Positions 1 through 9,517 of a DNA stretch of 64,000 nucleotides are shown piece by piece. This stretch comes from Gracilinanus agilis (lineage: Eukaryota), in contig NC_058130.1 in NCBI RefSeq assembly GCF_016433145.1, positions 738,225,051 to 738,289,050 on the forward strand, in the 5' to 3' direction. Below the pieces are notes generated by a model. The model worked only from the letters and a program-made list of their open reading frames with translations. It had not been told where the DNA came from and made no database searches. A program made the position numbers and the translations under genes. Position 1 is the first letter of the stretch. Each line of letters begins with the position of its first letter.

Positions 1-1053
<1,053 letters not shown>

Positions 1054-1305
1054 GATGTCCCGTCCTATTCCACGCAAAGGACCACGGCGCCCTCCGGCCC
1101 GAAGGCCCCTGCATTTTGCTTGTTTTCCTTAGCAGGGGAGGCTGGGGAGAGGCGGGAAAGCCCTGATGGCGGTCTAGCTTCTAACACCTTCCGCCTGCGT
1201 CCCTGGCACTGAATGTACGTTGTAGAGTGTCCTTGCTGTATTGTTCACGTGGCCCCTGCAGTCTGTGTGGTGTGTCTGTGTTTTCTAAGAGGCCTTTTAG
1301 TTTGT

Positions 1306-1311
1306 AATAAA
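1306..1311 (+). terminator. Poly(A) signal AATAAA, probable PRR36 3' end
   Basis: Only AATAAA seen shortly after the PRR36 stop (about 250 nt downstream), preceded by a UG/U-rich tract at 1261-1300. Confidence 0.7.
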
Positions 1312-1413
1312 GATGAGCCTGAATGGTAGCTGCGGCGTTCTGAGGGACCCGCCTGTCTGGAACTTCTGTGTCCCAGCTTCTCCCCAGGGGCCCAGGTGTG
1401 CAGCCAAGCCTTT

Positions 1414-1664
1414 TCACTGACGGTGAAGGGGCGGCTGAGCAGGAGAACCGGGCTTTAGGAGCAGGTGTCTTCCTTCCCCCTGGGGGCTCAGGACCCCCAG
1501 GGAGGTGGCAGGAGACTCTGGGAGGCCCGAGGATCCCTGTGAGGGTGGGCGTTTTGGACGCTGGGGCAGGCTCCGGGTGCCCCCATGCTGTCGACAGTGA
1601 GTGAGCAGGTTGGAGCTCTGGCTGAAGGATTTTCCACACACTCCACAGCGATGGGGCTTCTCTC
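1414..1664 (-). CDS. GFI1-like last coding exon (ZF5 equivalent + 56-aa Pro/Ser tail)
   Basis: ctttccacag|GA GAG AAG CCC completes the TGEKP linker; stop TGA ends at 1414. Confidence 0.93.
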
Positions 1665-3107
1665 CTGTGGAAAGGCAGAGAGGAATTTGGAGGAAGTGGG
1701 GGGCTGGGTGAGGACCAGAGGTAGAGATATGGGTCTGGGGAGCAGGGAAACTGAGGTAGGGTGGAGAAACCAGGTGGGAGCCCGGAGAGGCCGAGGTCCC
1801 GAGTCTGGTGGGGCTGGCTGGTGGGGGCAATGAGAACAAGGGAGGGTAATGGATGGGGAGAGGGAGGCCGCCTCGGCCTGGGAGCTTTTCTAACTTCCCC
1901 TCTAAGAGTTGGAGATCTGGGGGGTGGGGGGTGGAGGGGCGGGGCCATCCTTCGGTCACTCCCCTGAGACCTCGCTCCCCAGCCCCCCTCCTCGTCTAGT
2001 CCCCGGCCCGCACCAGTGTGGATGAAGGTGTGCTTCTTCATGTCGGATTTCTGGTGGAAGCGCTTGGCGCAGAAGGGGCAGGGGTGGGGCCGCGTGCCCG
2101 AGTGGATGAGCAGGTGTGTGGACAGAGTCGAGGAGCGCCGGAAACTCTTCCCGCACACGCCACAGGGAAACAGTCTCTCCTGGGGGCAGGAGGGGAGCGG
2201 TGGAAGGCGGGACGAGGCTAAGGTTCCTCCCCTCTCGCCCGCCCCACCCTAGAGGCCCAAGGATGGACAGGGGCTGCGGCTGCACTAGCCTCTGTCCCTC
2301 CGCGCCCGCCCCGGCCCGGCCCAGGCCTCCTGAGTTACCTTGAATCGCTGAGGGGCCTGTGCCGTGGGCGGTGACAACAGTTGTAGCTCTGGACTTGGGG
2401 AAGTGACTCGGGTCTCAGGCCGAGACTGGAGCTGGGGCTGGGGGCAGCGACCATCCCAGGAGAGGCTGACCAGACCCTGGAGCCCTGGGGTTGAGTCAAA
2501 TGAATCCGGTCACTCTGAGCCTCCTAGGACCTAACAGCCAGGCAACCCCTCGAGATCTGGGGGTCTTAGCCCACAATCCTCGGACTTCTGCCTCCCTAGG
2601 CCCAGGGGAGCTCTTACCAAGGAGGCCACCCTCAGAGAAGGCAGGGGAGGAGCTGGCTTCGGGGTCAGGGTCTGGGGATGGGGCCCTCTCAGCCCATTTG
2701 CCTCCAAGGCTCCTCACAGCCAGGGCTGGATCCCCTGTAAAGCCTACACAAGAAGAACCCATCACTTTTTAAGTAGGCCTCAGTCATTCTAGCCCCCTAC
2801 TCTGCTGCAACCCAACCCTCTCCCCTCTCCAGTCCAAGGCATCTTGACTCCTAATTGGTCCCCCCTCACCCTTGCCCATCCTAAACTCTCAAACTCCAGT
2901 CTGGATTTGTCCAGTTATTCTGTCCTTATTCTCTGCTCCTCCACCTTTTTCTCCCTCCAGAACACAGGCATCGGAGTAACCAGCTCTTCCATGGGAGCCC
3001 TGGAGGATTCTGGGGCTCTGGGTCTTCAAAAAGGACAGGCCATACTTACCCATCAACTTTTTTCTTTCGGAGGATCTTCTGCTTCTTACTAGGAAGGATC
3101 GAGGCAT
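1414..3107 (-). CDS. GFI1-family SNAG + three C2H2 zinc-finger repressor (third GFI1 paralog), 245 aa; join complement(3050..3107,2618..2734,2339..2484,2014..2179,1414..1664)
   Basis: N-terminus [11 protein letters not shown] is a SNAG motif. Fingers [42 protein letters not shown] and [21 protein letters not shown] are near-identical to GFI1/GFI1B ZF3-5. Exons of 58+117+146+166+251=738 nt join in frame over four GT-AG introns (phases 1,1,0,1) with no internal stop. Confidence 0.88.
2014..2179 (-). CDS. GFI1-like coding exon 4 (ZF3+ZF4 equivalents)
   Basis: cctgcccccag|GAG AGA ... CAC ACT G|gtgcgg; 166 nt, phase 0/1; same ER...HTG boundaries I recall for the GFI1 penultimate exon. Confidence 0.95.
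2339..2484 (-). CDS. GFI1-like coding exon 3 (linker, ends QRFK)
   Basis: Donor AAG|GTAACT in phase 0, as the next exon requires; the phase-compatible acceptor aaccccag| is weak. Confidence 0.6.
2618..2734 (-). CDS. GFI1-like coding exon 2 (linker)
   Basis: Acceptor ctttacag|, donor TTG|GTAAGA; phase 1/1; open frame DPALAV...EGGLL. No homology support. Confidence 0.65.
3050..3107 (-). CDS. GFI1-like coding exon 1 (SNAG; [20 protein letters not shown])
   Basis: ATG at 3107 with G at -3; donor G|GTAAGT at 3049. Confidence 0.9.
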
Positions 3108-6100
3108 CTCAGGGGCTACCCATCAGGGGTGGGAGGTGAAAGAAAGCAGACTGGGATCCAGACATCTTGTTCCCCCAGCTTCTAGCTTTGCCCAATCTGA
3201 GGAGCTCAGGTGTCCTGCCCCTCAACCGCCCCCCCCACCCCTCCCACTTTGGAGACCCTACATTAGATTAGTTGGCTTCCTCAGTAGTTATCAGATACTC
3301 AGATGTGCTTTGGAGGATGGGAACCCAGGAAGATAGCTGAACAGCAGGATTCCTGGGCCCACTTCATCTTCTTCCCACTCCCACCCTCATTCTCAACATC
3401 CTGCCACTAGCTCACTCTAGGGTTCTAGAAGGAATATGACTATCCTAGGGGTCTGTCCTATCTGTCTCTCTGCCCTGGCATATTCCTCAAACACACACAC
3501 ACCGTACCCCAGAGCCAAGCACAAGGACTCATTAGCCATGGGAACAAAAATTAAATGAGTTTCCATTACAAAACACAGAGATTTCCTCTACAGAAGGAAT
3601 GAGGACCCAAGTGTCTCTGTCCTCAGACCTGAACAGGAGTGCCAAGGCAGCTCCCCTACCTCCCACCTCTGCCTTCTGTTCTTGTGCCTTAGGGGACATG
3701 AACTCACTTAAAGCCCCCACCAAGAGAAAATGCACAGCACAGACAGCTCAACACACAGAGCCTCCCCACTATATTCGCCTCCACATACTTTGCCCTCTTA
3801 CAAACCACACCTCATAGCTAGCCTAATCTTATGGATATATCAAAGCTTAGTTCACAAGTCTAGCCTGACCATGGAGAACACCCATTGGTGTTTAAGCCAC
3901 AGGATCAGAGCTGGATTCTTTGAGTATAAATCCACTCTACAATTTCCTTTACAAGTGGTCATCCAGTCTTTATTTTGAAGACCACTAACAAAGGGGCAGC
4001 CCATTCTTCCTGGATAGCTCTAGGAAGTTTTCCCCTCAACCTCAAATGTTAATTGGCTTCTTTGCAGTTTCCTCCTTAGTTCTACCCTCTGGTGCAAAGC
4101 CTAACATCTATGATGTCTGTCCCTGCCTTTGGCTATGGCAAACTCTAGGATTCCATGACCATTTTCCCTTGTGGTTTCCATAATCCCATTTCACTCATCA
4201 AATAACTCTCCTTGTAGGTTAAGATTTGTGCACAGGTTTAAAACACAAAATGCCTCTTTCTGTCTCTTTTTGTATGATGCTCCATGGAATGATTCCTTTT
4301 CTGAATCCCATCTCCCCAGACCTCAGGGATACCTACTAGGCTATATTGACCACTTTGTGTCAAAAACTCACTTTGTTTCTTGCTCAGACTGTGCAACTGG
4401 TGTCAAGCTACTTGAAGATGTAGATTTCATTTTTACTTTTCCTCCCTTACTTAAAGCACTATTCTTTGTGGCATGATGGGGGAAAAAAATCAAACAAACC
4501 ATCCCTGAATTTAGATTTATGGACCTATGGAACTAGGTTCAAATACTATTTCTGGTTCTTTTTGACATTAGGGCAAGCCTCTTTACCTCTTAGGGTCCCA
4601 ATTTCTTTATCAGTTAAATGAGGGCATTGAATGAGATGATCATTCGTATTGCTTCCAGGCCTAAAACTTATGATTATGTTTCATATCTTTTTAATGGTTT
4701 ACATATAGGCATTTTCTTTCTTCCTGTCACATTTCTGTTTTCAAACTGTTGATCAGGCTACTGAATTCCTTTGTCATAGTTGATCTTCCAAGTCTTGTGA
4801 GATGCCCTGACTGTAAGCTCATCTTCTATTACACTTGGGTGAGTCTTAGAATCACACTAGATGGGTGTGGAGGGGTTGTGATCTCCATCAATGGAGAAAG
4901 TACCTACACTGAAAGGATCCCAGATCTATTGCAGTGAAATCCATGATCCAGAAAACCAAATACTCTGACACCTAGTGTTGAACCCGGAGTTGGAAAGCCC
5001 TAGATTTGAAATCCGAATTGGCATTTATTACCTATGTGACTTCAGCAAATTACTCACTTGAACCTCAGTTTTCCATCTGAAAAATCTGGATGACACAAAT
5101 AGTCCCTCCCTATTTCACAAGGTTGGCCAGTTCAAAGGAGATTATTAGTAGATGTATATGTGTAATCCACATAGTAAATGTATATATAAATTTGTACATT
5201 TTAAAGTTCTACAGGAGTATCAATTGTTATTTCTTTTCCAAAGTCCAAACTGTCTGCTAGCAGGAGATAAATTACTCTCTCCTCCTAAATTCTTGTTTCC
5301 AGGACCTCAGAGTTATTAGAGATGCTTATCTTTCAGATTTCATCTGGGGAGCTTATTCATTCCCGTACAGAGTAGAGGTGATTTCTTATGCCCTCTTACC
5401 TTTTAGATCAATCTTCTTCTAGTCTTTTCCCTCTGTATTTCATCTGCTAGATTCATTTTCCTAAAGTCTAGCTCTGATCCTATCACTCCCTTTCTTAAAA
5501 GCCTTCAGCAGCACCTCATCCCAACGGACCAGCATGAGGCCCTCTCTAATCTGTCCTGAATGTGCCTTTCTAGCCTTATCTTCCATGGCTCCCAATGACC
5601 CGTCATATTGAGCACTGTACATCCACCCCATTCTTACCTCCAGGCTTTGGCTCTGCAATTTCTATCTCCCCTTCTCTCCAATTCACTACAATTCTCCCCG
5701 AATTTCAGAGCCCAGTTTCAGTCTTACCTCCTCCTGGAATCCTCCCTGTCCATTCCACCCTCAGTGGTCTCAACTCCCACAAGCTTCCTCTGATTCTTGT
5801 TTATTTTTCCACGTCTTCTCCACTCAGTGAAATTGTCTGGAAGCTACTTAAGGCCAGGAGTGAAACATTCTTCATCCAGTCGGTGACTTAATGACACCCA
5901 CTCACACATTTGCATGCTCCTCACCCCACCCACACATCCTTCTTCACACACACACACAGTAGCACATACAAACGCCTCTCACCTCCCTGTCACAAGCATA
6001 CCTCGTCACAACTGCAGTTACCACTGACTCCAACCCTAAAGGATCTCCTCTCACCAAACCCTGTGTGCCTCCCGAGGCCTTTTAAGCTGGGCTCTATAGA

Positions 6101-6529
6101 GAGCCCCACTGAAAGCTCTATAGCAATCCAGCAAGTCCTGGAAACGCAAGGGCTTGGGATAAGGCGAGAAAAGGCTTGTCTCAGTCTATGTGCCCTTCTC
6201 CTGCTTATGTCCAAGTTCTCGGGTCTGTTCTGCTTCTCATCCCTGCTGGCATTCAAATAAGCCCTCTCTCTACAGTTATAGCCTCTCCTAAACTAGAATT
6301 GATTCCCGGGTTCTGCAGGTGATGAGAGCAGCCCTCAGTCTCTCTTGTGCCTTTCCTGCTGTGTGCTGTTAGGTAAAAGAACAAGGGAAGGAAGGAACCC
6401 TAAGCTGCTTCCTAATCCAGGAAGCTCAGGCCTCCCCTGTCAGTCTTCATCTCATTCTACTGGGTTTCTCCCAGCCAATCCCGACCCCCCAACATCCTGC
6501 CCACCAATTCTAAGACCGTGTAAATATGC

Positions 6530-6535
6530 TTTATT
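6530..6535 (-). terminator. Poly(A) signal AATAAA, probable EVI5L 3' end (3' UTR about 2.7 kb)
   Basis: TTTATT on + at 6530-6535; first minus-strand AATAAA I found after the stop; G/U-rich sequence follows. Confidence 0.65.
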
Positions 6536-7031
6536 ATTTGTCTTTCCAACCTTGTGTGGAGACACATGGGTTTGTACAGGCAGTGTGAGGATGATCGTGG
6601 GCAGTGGGGGGGAGGCGGAGGCCATACACTTACAACTGACAGACATTGCAGAGCAGGCCAGACACCTGCAGAGTACCAATCGCCCTCAACTACTTCTGGC
6701 CTCAGCACAGAGGACAGAGCCAGCGTGAGGTGATGAGGTGGTGTATGGGCCTGAGAGAGGAGGGATGGGGTAGAGAGTGGGAAACCTGCCCCACAGGGGC
6801 TTTCCTATGAATTAAGTGGAGATCAGACTATTTGCTTCTGACGTCAGCTAAGGGGCAGGGGCGATGGTGCTGGGTCAGGAGATAGCTTTGGGAGCACCAA
6901 TGTGGTGGGCTGCCCTGGAGCCATTAGCCCTCCGTGATTGGGGGAGGACGAGAGTTAGGAGCGTGAGGAATGAAAGATAGGGCAGATCCTAGTGCACAGG
7001 TGGGGAGCAGGACATAGAATAACACTTAGGG

Positions 7032-7033
<2 letters not shown>

Positions 7034-7078
<45 letters not shown>
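7034..7078. repeat. (GT)n microsatellite in EVI5L 3' UTR
   Basis: Run of about 22 GT units. Confidence 0.95.
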
Positions 7079-7081
<3 letters not shown>

Positions 7082-9232
7082 GGAGTGTGCCCCCAGAGCA
7101 GCTTAAGTAGACACTTCATGGATTTTGGCACCTAAGTTCTCAAACTCAGCAAACAGAGCCCGAGGGGGAGGAGTCAGGGATGAAATGGAAGACTAGAAGT
7201 CTTATTCTCCAGGGAATATGGCACTTCTTCCTTCCATGGCCACAGGCACAAATTCTACAAGCAGGTTCCTAGGGTGGGGCCTACCAGGGAAACATTTCTA
7301 TTCCTCTTTGCCCAAGTGTTTTCCCCTCCTACGTGGCTTCTGCTGGATTGGTGGAACCAACTGGAGTGAACGTGGAGAGTCTAGAGGGGCACACAGATGG
7401 GTGCTGAATACTGACACTGTAGTGCAGGGAAAAAAACAGGCTAAGACACTCAAGTGGCAATTCCCCTTACCCCACTCCCTTCCCTCGGGGGGTCTGGTAC
7501 CATCTGGCTATGAGGAAGCTGGGCAGCACCTTTAATGTTGGCAAGGAAAAGAGACACTAGGAAAATCTTGGAAAGCAAAGTACTGAGTGTTGGGGAAGAG
7601 AACTGCTTCTTGGTGAGCCGAGAGGCTCGATCGTCTTGGGACTATGATGGTCAGAGGCTGCTCTTTCTTAGCTCTAGCAGTGGCTAAAGCAGCTCCTCTC
7701 TTAGCTCAGGGGCCAATGAGGATCCCTTCTTCCCACCTGTGGCCCAAAGAAGCCCTCCTCAGGCCTCTGGGCACAGGAGTGTCCTTAACCTTGCTTGGGA
7801 ACAGTGATAGGTTGGGGTGGGGGATGAGCTCTCAGGATTAGCAGCTGCTCCTAGACAGACTCGTCGATATTTGCTCCCCAGACTGGGATGACTTTGGTTT
7901 TAGCAGAGAGAGGGCCTTTTCCTCCAGGGGCACTGACCCAGGGACTGGCTTGGCTGAGGCAAGAAGGGTGTGGTGGAGGAGAAACAATATGGTGAGAAAA
8001 TGGAATTGGCACAGGGGGGAAGAGGCAGCTGCTAATGGAAGGCACAATGCCCAAACTGATCTGGGGACTGCCCCACTAGGTCTCCTACTCCAAGGCCAGT
8101 CCCTCCACCTCAGGGGCCCCTGGGGGATAGCCTGGGAAGGAAGGAGCTAGAACGTGGATACACCAGGACCCAAGGAGCTCTAGTGTGGAAGATACCTCAA
8201 AAAGCCCAGCAAACAGATGGAGTTGGGTGGTTTATACATCCTGCATCTTCAAGGGTGTGAGTCAGCCTCTTCTGTCAGCCTGAGGTGAGCAGGTGCCTGG
8301 CCCATAGGAGGAGGCCATAGCAGGGAAAGCTGGTGGTCTTTACTTCAGAGGAGAGAATCCTAGTCTTGCCTTGACCCAGGCTACAGCTCTGGAAGATCTG
8401 TAGTCATGACCCATCTTTCAAGATCTGGCCTCTTTTCCTCAGGGCTCTTGCTTCCTTGCCAGATCTGCTAATGGCTGAATTCCCCCCACCCCAATATGGA
8501 GGTGCAGAGCTGGCAGGCAGGGGCTTGGTGAATCTGAAGCACCTCCAGGGTTGTGGTGGGGCAGGTCCATCTATGTGTCCTTAGCTCTCGAGTCCCTGGG
8601 GAAGACAGACAGCCTAATCCTGGGAATGGAGGCTGAGAAGAGAGCAGCTGCCACAGAGAAGGCCAGTTCTGATCATTGGTCCTCTATGCCCCTCCTTGCC
8701 CAATGCCTGTGCTGCTCTCTTGAGAGGGAACGGCAGTGCTTTCTGGTCCTGGGCAGTCAGGGATGGGGGAAGAGAACAAAACAACCCTCTTGTAGATAAA
8801 TAAATAAGACTGGGAACAATCAGAAACTTAGAGACCACAGAAGTGTTCCAAGGGGGAGAGGAGCTTGTGACTCCTAGAGTCATGGTATCCTCCTGTCTCC
8901 CAATCCCTGCCCTAGAGAACCCCTGAAAGGAAAGAGGGTGGTGGGAGATGGGAAGGGAGCCACAGAATGGAGTTGAGTTTAAATACAGTGAATCACAAGC
9001 GCCCTTGGAGAGGGCAATGTAGACAACACTCAAGGTAGATGTTCTGATGCACTCTGTGGAGGGGCCAGGCACACCTAGATGTGCCCCACTCCCCCTCATC
9101 CCTATGGGGAGGGAACATCCCCTCCAGGAAGAACGCTGAATGGAGGATGGGGAGAGCCTGCCCTCCTACCCCCCCTGAACATGAGAGGTCTGGAGCCCCA
9201 GGTGGGGCGGGCCAGGGAGGCAATGTCATTCT

Positions 9233-9517
9233 TCAGTTACCCAGGCTCTGGCCATAGGAAGGGGCCAGCTCATCGGTTTCACTGTCCGTGCTGCCCTCAC
9301 TGTCCTTGGCTGGACGGTCCAGTCGTCGGAAGAACCGGGCATCTCGCGGGGATAGAGGATATAGGGCATCCTGTAGGGCTGCCCCAACCCCTACACCTAC
9401 GCCCAGGAGCTCCTCATCTGAGGAGGGCAGCGAGTCCTCATCCAGATGACGCACCAAATGGAGGCTGTCGAATGCCAGGGGGTCCTCAAACGGGGGTGGG
9501 CCTTTCAGTAGCCGAAC
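9233..9517 (-). CDS. EVI5L: EVI5L last coding exon (VRLLKGPPP...QSLGN*)
   Basis: 285 nt to TGA. Confidence 0.95.
   Translation of the reverse strand, partial: VRLLKGPPPFEDPLAFDSLHLVRHLDEDSLPSSDEELLGVGVGVGAALQDALYPLSPRDARFFRRLDRPAKDSEGSTDSETDELAPSYGQSLGN

Noticed and set aside
1181-2158. 325-aa ORF as a single-exon zinc-finger gene
   Set aside because: It is the ZF exon read through intron 4 into the wrong frame of the last exon; splicing at 2014/1664 restores TGEKP and the third finger.
2485-2535. Upstream acceptors (ctgttag, gtcctag) for GFI1-like exon 3
   Set aside because: With the phase-1 upstream donor, both hit TGA within a few codons.
1414-3107. Labelling the gene GFI1 or GFI1B
   Set aside because: Its neighbours are EVI5L and PRR36, not EVI5/RPAP2 or TSC1/GTF3C5; the linker is short and unrelated, and only three fingers are present.
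1414-3107. Processed or decayed pseudogene
   Set aside because: Introns are present with GFI1-like phases, there are no stops or frameshifts in the model, and all zinc ligands and base-contact residues are intact. Recent silencing cannot be excluded without expression data.
9067-9086. Small hairpin ggcaca-cctaga-tgtgcc in the EVI5L 3' UTR
   Set aside because: A 6-bp stem is common by chance and matches no RNA element I recognise.
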